A stretch of DNA of 64,000 nucleotides from the human T2T-CHM13v2.0 reference genome, Homo sapiens. The notes beneath the pieces are model-generated. The model was not told where the DNA came from, did not search any database, and saw only the letters and a list, made by a program, of their open reading frames with translations. Each line of letters begins with the position of its first letter. Positions within the stretch are counted from its first letter, which is position 1. Both the position numbers and the translations under genes were made by a program. Of the stretch, positions 15,486-34,860 are shown piece by piece. Location of the stretch: the NCBI RefSeq assembly GCF_009914755.1, contig NC_060936.1, one strand, 5' to 3'.

Positions 15486-16130
15486 CTAACAAAAGTATAA
15501 ATTTTAATGATACCTTCATATCTTTTCTACATTGTATTTTAGCCAGTGGCCATTTTACATATTGGTTAAATATGTAGCTGCATCATTCATTCTTGAGATT
15601 TAGCTTCTGAATTACATTTTAAAGTTTTTTTTTTTTTTTTGAAAATCTGACATTAGGAAATTAAACCTCTTCTGCAAGATCCAGTTTTCTCCAGAATAAA
15701 AGTTTTAAAGATTTTTTTTCTTTTTGTAATTTAAAATAATTCAGGTTTACAATATTTTGAGAATGTAGACATATAGGGGAAAAGTGGGTATTCTTCCACA
15801 AGGCTAACACTTTGTAATGCATCTTTCCAGCCTCTTCTCTGCAAAAGATTTCTTAAAGAAAAACTGGACACTTTATATACTGTCTCATAATTTGTGTTTT
15901 TACCTAACACTCCCATGTATTTCCAGGTTTATAGATGGCTACCTTTTAGATACTTTTTATAACATCATTTTATAGATCATTATAATTAAGAGGTCTCTCT
16001 GTTGGATAATTTCTGGCACTTCTAATATTGTAAATAATGTTACTACAAACATCCTTATATTAAATTGCTTTTATATCCATTTAAGATTAATTTTTTATTG
16101 AGAATTTCTAGAAGAAAAATGACCCTTTCT

Positions 16131-16506
16131 TTTTATTATTATTATTATACTTTAAGTTTTAGGGTACATGTGCACATTGTGCAGGTTAGTTACATATGTA
16201 TACATGTGCCATGCTGGTGCGCTGCACCCACTAACTCATCATCTAGCATTAGGTATATCTCCCAATGCTATCCCTTCCCCCTCCCCCCACCCCACAACAG
16301 TCCCCAGAGTGTGATATTCCCCTTCCTGTGTCCATGTGATCTCATTGTTCAATTCCCACCTAGGAGTGAGAATATGCGGTGTTTGGTTTTTTGTTCTTGT
16401 GATAGTTTACTGAGAATGATGACTTCCAATTTCATCCATGTCCCTACAAAGGACATGAACTCATCATTTTTTATGGCTGCATAGTATTCCATGGTGTATA
16501 TGTGCC
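16131..16506 (-). mobile_element. Young 5'-truncated L1 (L1PA2-like, non-Ta)
   Basis: gcacattgtgcagg and ggtgcgctgcacccactaactcatcatctagc (GAG-type, not the Ta ACA). Short TSD cctttct at 16124-16130 and 16505-16511. Confidence 0.9.
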
Positions 16507-16769
16507 TTTCTAAACTTTTTGATGTGTTCTGTTAGTTTGGTATCTATAAAGTATCCTCCTAATCTAGTCTCCTTCCTAATTGCCCAGTTTCTTGTACCCT
16601 CACGTTCACTATCTGTATTTAGCCAGATTTATAAATGAATATGTTATCCCACTGTTATTTTAATTTGCAGTTCTTTATTTGTGAAGTTAAATTTTTTAAG
16701 ATTTTGCTTTTAGTTTTTGTCAGGAGGTAGAGGAGTTTGTATTTCTTTCTTTGAAAATTGTTTGTGCTG

Positions 16770-17203
16770 CTATTTACAATAGCAAAGGCTTGGAACCAAC
16801 CAAAATGCCCATCAATGATAGAGTGGATAAAGAAAATGTGGCACATATACACCATGGAATACTATGCAGCTATAAAAAAGAATGAGTTCATGTCCTTTGC
16901 AGGGACATGGATGAAGCTGGAAGCCATCATTCTCAGCAAACTAACACAGGAACAGAAAACCAAACACCGCATGTTCTCACTCATAAGTGGGAGTTGAACA
17001 ATGAGAACACATGGATGCAGGGAGGGGAACATCACACACCCAGACCTTTCAGGGGTGGGAGGCAAGGGGAGGGAGAGCATTAGGACAAATACCTAATGCA
17101 TGTGGTGCTTAAAACCACCACAGCACATGTATACCTATGTAACAAACCTGCACATTCTGCACATATATCCCAGAACTTAAAGTAAAATGAAAAAAAAAAA
17201 AAA
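16770..17203 (+). mobile_element. 5'-truncated L1PA (~L1PA7-8) with poly(A)
   Basis: ORF2 C-terminus AKAWNQPKCPSMIEWIKKMWHIYTMEYYAAIKKNE followed by 3' UTR and poly(A). TSD gaaaattgtttgtgctg (16753-16769) / gaaaattgcctgtgctg (17204-17220). Confidence 0.92.
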
Positions 17204-17235
17204 GAAAATTGCCTGTGCTGGACTTTCTTTTAGAA

Positions 17236-17305
17236 GATAATTTAATTTTCTATTCAATAATATTTTTCTTGATAATTTAATTGTCTATTCAATAATATTT
17301 TTCTT
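17236..17305 (+). repeat. 35-bp tandem duplication
   Basis: gataatttaatt(t/g)tctattcaataatatttttctt occurs twice with one mismatch. Confidence 0.9.
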
Positions 17306-18039
17306 GGTATATTTCAGGATGCTGAATTCCACTTTAACAAACTAAATGACTGTGTCTCTAAAATTAAGTACTATGTTTCCTTTCAGTAAGATGACTTGTG
17401 TCTTCCATTTACTGGCAAATAGATTCAAAAGAAAATCATAAATACTTCTTCAGTACTGATTTAATTGTTTAATGATGCTTAAATGTTATTAGTAGAGTAG
17501 ACCAGTAGAAGGAACCTTGGATCAGGCTAAATCTGTGTAGGACCAATCACTTAATCCTGGGAAAGCCACACTCCAGTTACTTCTGTAAAATAAGATTGAG
17601 TTACTTTTCAGGGTTGTAATAGGAATTGAGAATTTTCTCCTTAAATATCAACAACAGTATTTTGGCACAAAGTAGGTGCCTAATAAATGGAATCATTAGT
17701 ATTAGCCCCTTTTGGTGTTATTTTATATTAATATGTCCTTTATTTTAGTGGTTTTTCAAACTGCAGGTATCAAATCATGAGTGGATTGTGAAACTAATGT
17801 ACACAACTTTGAGATACAACTAGAATTTTTTAGTGATAAAGAATAGAGTAGAATTGAATTTATCCAAGTATTTCACAGAAGTGTTTTTATGCGAAACTTC
17901 TCTTCAGTATATAATATCTAGGCAGACAGAGTGTATATACTGGATGACAATGTAAAATAACCTCTTAACTATGGGTTGTATCCAAAAACTCCTCCAAAAA
18001 ACAGGATTATATTGGATACTTGTCTCATAGTTTCCAAGT

Positions 18040-18255
18040 CTTTTGATACTATAGTGGCTAAGACACCTTGGTTCAAATCCCAACTCCATTAATTACTACT
18101 ATATGACTTTAACTGCCTGGCTTTTACTGTATAACCTCCTATGACTTACTTTCCTCACCTATGAAATGGGTGATAATTATTAACGAGAATAATATGAAAT
18201 ATTATATGCTTTAATATGTGTAAACCACTTAGCGGGTGCTCAATAACTGTTAGCT
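18040..18255 (+). mobile_element. MIR
   Basis: ggttcaaatcccaactcc...tttcctcacctatgaaatggg...gtgctcaataactgttagc. Confidence 0.75.
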
Positions 18256-18264
18256 TATTTTTTA

Positions 18265-18633
<369 letters not shown>

Positions 18634-19623
18634 ATGAAGTCATCACATTAGCCAGGACTGAATAATCAGCTAATTTTTTCATCCACAAAATGATGCCTCC
18701 TGATAAGCATTTTATTTCCATAAATATGAATTTTCAAGAACCAAGTAACTATTCTTAGGTTTGCTATTTACAAACAATATTATCTCTCAAGATATGAAGG
18801 AATAAAAATAAAACACTAGGCAATCCCTTAGTCTTTGTCAGTATATTAGATCCTCAATTACCCACAACATTTTTGTATTTTATGATTTTTTTAAATTTCA
18901 CAGTGGTATGCACTAAGTAAAAAGAACTTTGTCTATATTTCTTACAATCTTTTTTTGATTAAAAAATAAGAATTAACAGGGATGATATCATTGGCTGGTA
19001 AGAGTTAAAAGCTTATAGCTCTTACTTTTCTGATGAACACCTTCCAAGGGTATTTTATGTCTATAGAGGATTGGTTTGGAAATTATAGAAACATTCTTTG
19101 CTTCCCTTAAAAAAAAGCTGGGTAACTTTAAGAACATTTTCTAAATGTTGACCCTGTTTAGCAAAAGTCTTATTGTTCCTATAGTCTTTTATGTCTTTCA
19201 AACTATATGTAGAAATTTTTTATGTACAATTATAAGCTGGAGTAAAATGAAAACTATTTAGCAACTCAAGAAGTGAAGGAGGATCCAGCTATCAGTACAC
19301 ACAAAGGCTAGAAACAACTGTGTAATCACTTGAAAGTAGGAGCTGAACATCAGTCTGAATGACCAGCAACAATATCCCACCTCTACAACTGGACAAAAAT
19401 TAAGCAGAAACATAGTTGAGCAATATACCTTTAATGTAATGATGGAGCTATTGTACTTAGCTATTTTCATTTAACTCAATCATTTCCTTTAAATTCTACA
19501 GTAAGCCATAAGTCCTCAAATATCTTCAACTATCCTGTACAGAGATAAGTAATAATGTGTGTCACATCTGGTGTTTCTCACAGCAAAGGAAAAATTAATT
19601 TTTTGAATACGTGCCTGTAATAA

Positions 19624-19668
<45 letters not shown>
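19624..19668 (+). repeat. (GT)n microsatellite
   Basis: tgtgtgtatatgtgtg...(gt)n. Confidence 0.95.
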
Positions 19669-19670
<2 letters not shown>

Positions 19671-19906
19671 AATTTTAGTCTGGCTGACTCAATGAAATAC
19701 AGAAGTTAGGACATCATTAATATCAACAGTTTTACCCAAGTTGTATCAACAGAGCAAACAAAACTTCAAAGTTTTCCAGGGAGATGAGCTCCTAAACTGA
19801 ACAAAATCAGATAATCAGAAAAAGCTTCTGGGACGTGACTTGAGTTGGAAACAAAAAATTTCCACATTCTGGACAATTCTGGGAGGCCAAGTGCTATTAG
19901 AGATGT

Positions 19907-20041
19907 GTGGATAAATCAATTGATCAATCAATTGATTGATCCACTGGTAGTCTGTTCCATTGATCCACTGATCTCTGGAACAAACTAATATGCCAGTGGA
20001 TCAATTGAACAATGGAGCAATGGAACAAATTAATATGCCAG
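19907..20041. repeat. Complex palindromic / short direct and inverted repeat patch
   Basis: 20-bp perfect palindrome gatcaatcaattgattgatc (19922-19941) plus repeated attgatccactg and tggaacaaa(c/t)taatatgccag. Confidence 0.85.
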
Positions 20042-20235
20042 ACACTATGCTAATTTTTTTGCATAAATTATTTCATACTCATAAAAACCTTACAGATTTG
20101 GTCTGATTATCCTCATTTTACAAAAGAAGAAACTGAAAAACGAAGAAGATCTGAGCCGATATCTGTCCAATTCTACCCTTTAGGATTATATTGGTAGCTA
20201 GTAATGGAAAATTAAAAACTTAAAAAAGAGAACAA

Positions 20236-20392
20236 GGCCAGGTGCGGTGGCTCACACCTGTAATCCAAATACTTGAGAAGGCTGAAACCAGTAGGATCAT
20301 GCGAGCCCAGGAGCTCAAGGCTGCAATGAGCTATGATCTCGCCACTGCTCTCCAGCCTAACAACAGAGCAAGACCCTATCTCATAAAAGAGA
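20236..20392 (+). mobile_element. Alu monomer (FRAM/FAM-like)
   Basis: ggccaggtgcggtggctcac start joined to a right-arm-type end (ggctgcaatgagctatgatc...agagcaagaccctatctc); ~155 bp. Confidence 0.8.
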
Positions 20393-20598
20393 GAGAGAGA
20401 AATAGTCAATTATAAAATAAAAATTCGTATCTATGTATATGTGTTAGCCTCAGCCATGATCTCCTGGAAGTAGATCCAAAATCTCTGGATTTTGATTAAG
20501 ATTTTAATAAGAATCTTATGCATCTGAGATTATTCTATTTTCAATTGTACTTTCACTAAATATGTAACTATGCATAACCAACTCACAAATCGTTTGCA

Positions 20599-20914
<316 letters not shown>

Positions 20915-22101
20915 TAAATTTCATTTTTAAAAAAATCTTGTTTGCTGGTTATCTCCACGTCTTTGCAAATTAAAAGGTTTTTATAAGTTCGTCTACTTTC
21001 CTGTTAAGAACGTGAAGTGAATCCTGTCCAGGCCTCTTTACTTATCTATTTCTGCCCCAAATCATGCCCATTCTTTCCTCAGAAAGCCTGAAATCTTAAG
21101 TTGTGCAGGAAAATTACAAAGTCTGGAATATTTTTAGAATGGAGAATATTCGTTCATTTCTACTCCTTTAGAATACCTTCCTTACATTTGTACCTTCACG
21201 TGTTCTAAGAAAAATCCAGGAAGGGCAGGTTTTAGTTCTTCATATTTCAGAAGGTGGATAAATTAGGATGTCAAATGCCCTGTTAAAGTTTATTTAACTA
21301 GTGAAGAGGATGAGAACTGATGTCTTCTGAATTCACAGCTGTTTGTATTGATTACTTTATTAATTATTTTGGCATATTTTGGAGGTAAACAAATACTTAA
21401 AATAATTGAATACATTAATAAAATAAAATATTCTAATTAAATAAGCTAAATAAAGTAAAATATCTAAACTTATAAGTTATGTTTCATTAGCAGCACCTTG
21501 ATATATATAGTCAACCATGCCACATTTATAGTGACTTAAATAATTACCCAGCAAGACAAGTAAATTATTGATCAGAGTATTGTTTACAATAAATGTGAAA
21601 AAAGTGACTGGGGTGAAAACTTACCATCAATAAATAAGATTCAAGAACAAATTACTGTAATATATTCATAACATCTTAGAGTATCAATATTATGAATAAT
21701 ATTACTTATAACCATTTTTAAAGTCACTAGCATTTTGAGTACATGTTATCATTTATCAACATTTCCAATACAAATATTTTATCTCTTTCTTCCTTTTAGA
21801 AAATACAAAATATTTAAAGTATAAAGCATGTATTTCATCAAGAATTGTTTCATACACGTTTTGGTAAGATATGGGTTAAAAGTTAAATCTACACAGCAAA
21901 TAATTGGCTGTATAAATAACTAATAGATTTGACAGTATACATAGTATTGCTGGAATAGAATGCTATTCAGTAACTATGTCTGGTCTTACCTTCTGGGGAA
22001 GAACTCTTCACTCGCTGTGGTTCCATAAATATTTCATTTACCAACACAAAGCAATATGCTAATGATGGACTATTTACCCAGTGAGCAGGTGCCACCTCTG
22101 A

Positions 22102-22395
<294 letters not shown>

Positions 22396-22906
22396 TAAAA
22401 ATAAGTGGTTGAAAAATACCCCATCCATTGGAAAGAAAGCAGAACTCCGTTTGATATACTATAAATTTACATTTAATTTATTACTATGGGAATGATAGTA
22501 TCCCAATATAAAATGAAATATTCTTGGAAATGGAATATTCTTCTTGTCTTTAAATATACTTCATAAATGAAAATCCAGTTTACAAAAAAAAAAGTCTGCA
22601 GCTTGTATTTAATACAGGTAGGTTGTTTTCTTTGGTGTCTGTTTCTCTCAAGAATATTAATGTTTATGGGTTCTGTTATATTTATTTTGGATTTGCATTT
22701 ATGAAATTATTTCATTGCAAAGATTGTTTCTGAACAATAGCTAAGGTTTGCTTTCCCAATATCGCAGGTTTGATTTTCTGTCATTCATTTGTCATCATTT
22801 AAAAATCTTATTGTTATTTTTTAAAGTTTCCTTATTGTCATTAAAAAAAACTGCACCTAAGTTTATTTGGATAAGTATAGCACTAAGTCTAATCAGTGAC
22901 ATTTAA

Positions 22907-28857
<5,951 letters not shown>

Positions 28858-28899
28858 AGTCCAGTTGCATATAATTTGAATCTTAAACTACAACTTAGT

Positions 28900-29400
28900 C
28901 TTTTTTCTTCAAGTATGAATACTTACTATGTACTAGGCACTTTCCCAAATGCTGAGAACAAATATTTAGCACTCACAGAGCTTATATTCTAGTGAAGAAA
29001 AGAAGTTAGAAATTAATAAAGAGGAAAATATATATTAATAAATGATGTAAGGAAAAATATAATAGTGTAAATGTAATAGGGAAGGGGAAAAGCATAAAAG
29101 GTTGTTATTTTGGGGATGACCAGGGCTGGTTTCCTTCATAAGGAGATCTGAAGGAAGTGGAGGAGAAGCTATCACAAAACCTGGCAAATAGAACCAAGGC
29201 CCTTAGGTAAGAATCTACCTGGAAGAGCAAGAAGCCCAGTGTGCCTTAAGTAGATTGAACGAGGTGGAGACTGGCAGAAGATAAATTTGAATGTAGCAGA
29301 AGCCATGTCATGTGGGGCCTTGTCAATTGTTCTAAAGAACTTAGATTTTACACTGAGTGAAATAAAATGCCTTTTTGAGCAGAGGTGTCCCATGATCTGA
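28900..29400 (-). mobile_element. L2 fragment
   Basis: acttactatgtactaggcact...cacagagcttatattctagtg...ccatgtcatgtggggccttg. Confidence 0.65.
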
Positions 29401-29748
<348 letters not shown>

Positions 29749-31285
29749 CTGACTTGAGTTTTTTAAAAGATTATTCTTGCTACAGTGGAAAAAAAAAAAA
29801 AAGCAGGGGTAGCAGGCTATAGAGAGGCAAGGGTAGAAGAGAAAGCAGGTTGTTGCAATAATCCGGATGAGAGATTTATAAGAGAATTATTCTATAAGGA
29901 CACTGAAAAACTAAATGAAGCATACAAGGAATCAGCTTCTTATTCCTCATTAATTAGCAACTTGTTAATTTGTCTGTCCACTTTTAAGAAGTTCAAGTTG
30001 ATCTAAGACACACACTTAGCACAGTTGTCAGTAATTACCATTCTTAGCAGGAAGACTTGTAAGCCAGTAGAGATGAAGATGGTCCAATACATCGAACACT
30101 AGAATGGGAAACACAAAATCTCAGTTCTTGTCCTTGCTCTGCTGCTGAGTTAATGGACTGATACACAAACTCCGGGTACTTTTGATATAACTTTGAGGTC
30201 ATAACTACCAGGCATAAACCAAATACATATATTATGGGTGCAAACTTTCACTTAAGGAATATTTTATCAAAATGTTTACATAGGAGAAATGTGTTCTAGA
30301 GAAGCAGAGAAAGCAATGAACAACATAAATCAAATTCATATCTTGGCTTTTAACACCATCTTCCTCTCTGGAAGAATAAACAACATGAGACACATGGCAA
30401 GGCTGATAAGTATAGGATTGAAATGCTCCCCATATACGAGCCTAACTCATTTACCCATTTCCTTTTGGTCTTTGCCCAATGTTAGCACCTCCCCAACCAC
30501 ACTATTTAAAATTGCAATCCATTCATCTCACCCCATCTTTGCCAGTATTTCCTGTCCCCCATCCTTGCTTTATTTCCCACCATATTACTTAGCAATATCT
30601 GAAATATCATGTATTTTATTATTTTGTTTTAAATTGCTCTAGCTTCTTCCAAAATAATGTAAGCTCTATGAAGGCAATATGTTGGGTCTGTTTATGCTCA
30701 TGCCTGGCACATATGAGGCACTAAATACATATTTGATGAATGAGTGGATTAATGACAACCAATTTAACTTGTATCCTGAGCCATTCCTCTTAGACTTTGA
30801 GGCCTTAATATGCTGACAAATTTAAGCATCTTACTATTTAAATTTCCAACACTTATGAAAGCATCATTTTAATGCTTGACTGTGTCATAAACATTGAAAA
30901 TGTAATTGTTTCTTTGGTCACAACTCCTCCATCTTTTAGCCTTTCTCACTCAGAGCCAGCTATTACTTTATTTTTTCCTCCCTATTCATTAGTAGGAAAG
31001 TAATCAGCTGGAAAAAAATTATCTATGAAACTCTCCTTTCTTTTGCTTCTCTTGGGTAATCTCATCTTTTTCCTTCCCAAACCATTGTCTTAGTCCTGTG
31101 TCCCTCTATTGGGCACTGGAAATCAGACCAGATAAACAATCTGCTTGTCCATGGAGATTTGCCTTTGACCAGCAACCTGAAATAACAGAATGTCAAAGAA
31201 TCTGAGTACCACCCCTAAAAAATATTATGTTGCTAGCACTCTCCTTGATTTAACAGGAAGAAAAAAGTAAGGTAACTAAAACCTT

Positions 31286-31420
31286 AAAGTGGTATGGTAA
31301 ATCAATGTTAGAAAACACTGCATCATAAATAAAAGCCATGCCATTTATTTAAAGTGGTATGTTAAATCAATGTTAGAAAACAAAGCATCATAAATAAAAG
31401 CCATGCCATTTATTAAAAGT
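31286..31420 (+). repeat. 65-bp tandem duplication in apparently unique DNA
   Basis: aaagtggtatg(g/t)taaatcaatgttagaaaaca...catcataaataaaagccatgccatttatt starts at 31286 and 31351; aaagtg recurs at 31416. Confidence 0.93.
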
Positions 31421-32249
31421 GTGTAATAGTATGTATTTTACACTTTCATTTTAATCCGTCATAATTTTTCCTGCCTATATAATTGACATTTCTAATAGGA
31501 TTTATATGCAGGAGGCAATACTAAACAAAAATAAAACACATCCTTAAAATCAAATTCCTTTAGGACTATAAGATATATAAAGGTTATCACTTTTGACTTG
31601 GCATAACATACTGTGATGCTAATGACGGGTAACAAATTAGAATATTAATTGATTTTAGTCTCTGAACTAAATCTTGGCTATCTGGCAGATGTGTTTTTTG
31701 CAAAATTGATAGCAAACAGCTTTACTCTGTCACTTGAAATTCCCACTTGTAAGAAGAGGGGTGTCACAATGGCAAGGAGTGTGCATGTCATTAGTTGGGT
31801 AATCTGCACAGTCCAGCATGAAACATATTCAAACCAAATTGCCTGATGATATCATCCAGGCCTTAATTTTTTTAAATTAAGGCTTAAATTTTTTTTAAAA
31901 AAAGGAGAAGGAAATGGTAAACGCTTAGCATTTTTATCTTTCAATTCATTCTTCACACTGTTATCTAAATGAAGCAGACAAGGCTTTTTAGAATTTTTTT
32001 TATTTTGCAACTTTGATTTTAATATGACTAGGGCCATGGTTGGTCTGTAAAGCATGAACTCATGTCATCTGAATAGCTGTGATTAAGGCTTTGATATTCA
32101 TGAGCTTCTTGAAGTAGAGTGCACCTTTCTTTAAGCACAGTAGAAAGTCAAATAGCCAGAACTTGACTCTTAGTCCAGAATAAGAGCAAGTGGATTAGGA
32201 ATAGTTGTATAATTTATGCAGAAATGTTATTGGATAGACAGTTTAATTC

Positions 32250-32495
32250 AGAAATTAAAAATACAAGCTCTAGCCATAGACTACAAGAGTTCAAACCCTA
32301 GCTCCACTGCATACTGGCTTTGTGACCTTGGGCATCTTAATTAATTTTTCTGACTATCAGTTTCCTCCTATATAAAATGGGGATGAAAATAATACTCCCA
32401 TCATAGGGTTGTTTGGTAAAGGTGTCAATGCATGTGAAGTCGTTAGCAGAGTGTCTGGCACTGAATAAGCGCTCTATAAATGGTAGCTATTATTA
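32250..32495 (+). mobile_element. MIR
   Basis: gttcaaaccctagctccactgc...gtgaccttgggc...cagtttcctcctatataaaatgggg...taaatggtagctattatt. Confidence 0.85.
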
Positions 32496-34061
32496 AACTC
32501 AAGCTGTCACTTTAACAAGTCTATTTCTATTTTAGAAAAACCCTCTATTCAGGTCAGTCACCCAAATTGAGAAAATTCCGGAAACTTTGCAGCCAAATAC
32601 AAGTGCATTGCATTCTTTAATCCCATTCCAATGATCTCTGTGTTAGAGAAGGTAAATTCTCTCTTGGTGTTTCTTATTTCATCCTCTCCTCCATTTTTTT
32701 TTTTTTTGGTCCTATAATTTTACTTTCTCTCTCCTTCATTCCCTTTAGCCTACACACATGCTCAAGATTCACATATCTGAAAATGCCTAGCAAAATTCCA
32801 TACATCGTAGGTTCTTAAGGATACCAGTTTTCTACCTTTATGCTCTAAAAATTTCTTCCCCTACTTTACCTCTCCCATCAAGCTATCATTCTGTCTCCTC
32901 CCTTCACATCTCTACCATACTTATTTAAAAACGTAATCTGGACCCTGACATCTGTTTTATCAACTCCCATTACCAACTCAATTCCTTTCACTCTAATTTC
33001 CATCCTTTGCATACTATTAAAATTGTTTTTACTAAAGTCCCCAGATACTTCCCGATGTACAATTACGAGGGTTATTACAAATATTCAGTTGCTCAGATAT
33101 TTCTGCATTATTATCACTATTGGCCTTCATCTACTGAAAACTCTTGACTTCCAGGACCACTCTCCTTTCTTCCTCTTCTTTCCTCCCCTTCTCCTTCACT
33201 GACTGGTCCTTCTTTTGTTATGATCTTTTCTCCCATTAGGTGTTAGAGGTCCTTGTTTTCTGGGGTTTCTCTTTTAATCCTATTCCATGTTTATTCTACA
33301 TGCTCTTTTTGGGCAGTTTCATTCACCTAGCCATTCAAATAAAAAAATCTCACTATTATTCTTGACTCCTTGAGCGATTTCACCACATATTCTGTACCTG
33401 CATTCAAGTTATGTGAACTACCTTGAACGTCTCTCAAAACCAGCCAGCACTTCACTACACCACTGTCTCCCCTCATGATTTTCTCTCTTCCTGGATTCCC
33501 CTTCCCCAGTACCCTAATACATTGTTGGGGTTTTTTTTGCCATTCAAGAGCCAGTTCAAGTGTCAACACTTGGATGAGAGGTTCCCTCATTTCCCAAGGC
33601 AGAAATATATGAGTCTTCTCCAACCTTTCAGAGTTCTTCATTCAAATCTCTCACTGTTTTGGTTACCTGGGGTTTTCTGCCTTTCTCACTGAAATGTAAA
33701 TTAGCCAAAGGCAGGACCATTTTCTTACACATCTTCGTATCCCCCACATCTTGAAAGTGTCTGACACCAAAGGCATTAATCAAATCCAGATCTCTTCTCG
33801 GCACTGTGTTGGGATGAGGAACAACAGCAAAGCTGTCCTTCCAATACATGGGGCAGCCTAAACGGGGAGGAGGAGCTGTTTCCTTTGAGACTAGGTTAAT
33901 TACTGCTACAAACAACTATTTAGATATCAAATTACAAAAATTAACATTAAAGCAAACAGTGCGGTTCTTGTGCCATGCTCGGAGAAACTGTGATCTAGAA
34001 AGCAGTAGTTTTCAAACCTTTTTAGCCAAGGATTGCTTTGTTCAAATGCAGTATTACATAG

Positions 34062-34553
<492 letters not shown>

Positions 34554-34556
34554 AAG

Positions 34557-34860
34557 CAGTAGTTCTTAATAGAGATGGCACTGCTCCTACAACACAGTGT
34601 AAATATTTTGGGGGTCATTTTCAGTATATTAAAAAATGCAGGAAACTCCTGGCATTTAGAGGGCATGGTCACAGGACCCTACACATCCTGTAAAGTGTGG
34701 GACAGTTTCACAGAATGAAGAATTGTTCTGAATCCCACACAAATTTCAAAAGCCCCATAGGACATACATGTAGATGGAAACCCTTTCTATAATTATCTGA
34801 ACCTAAAACTATTTTCTGTATAAACACAAAGTGTTTTTGCATGGCTCTCATATATGAATA
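34557..34860. mobile_element. MER20/MER20B-like hAT-Charlie relic
   Basis: cagtagttcttaa...ctcctggcatttag...acatcctgtaaagtgtgggacag...aagaattgttctg resembles MER20. The right boundary is uncertain. Confidence 0.55.

Noticed and set aside
15265-17080. ORFs with L1 ORF2 C-terminal similarity
   Set aside because: Short 5'-truncated L1 fragments with no intact ORF2.
16131-17203. Single twin-primed L1 insertion
   Set aside because: The two pieces overlap in L1 coordinates, differ in subfamily diagnostics, and each has its own tail and TSD.
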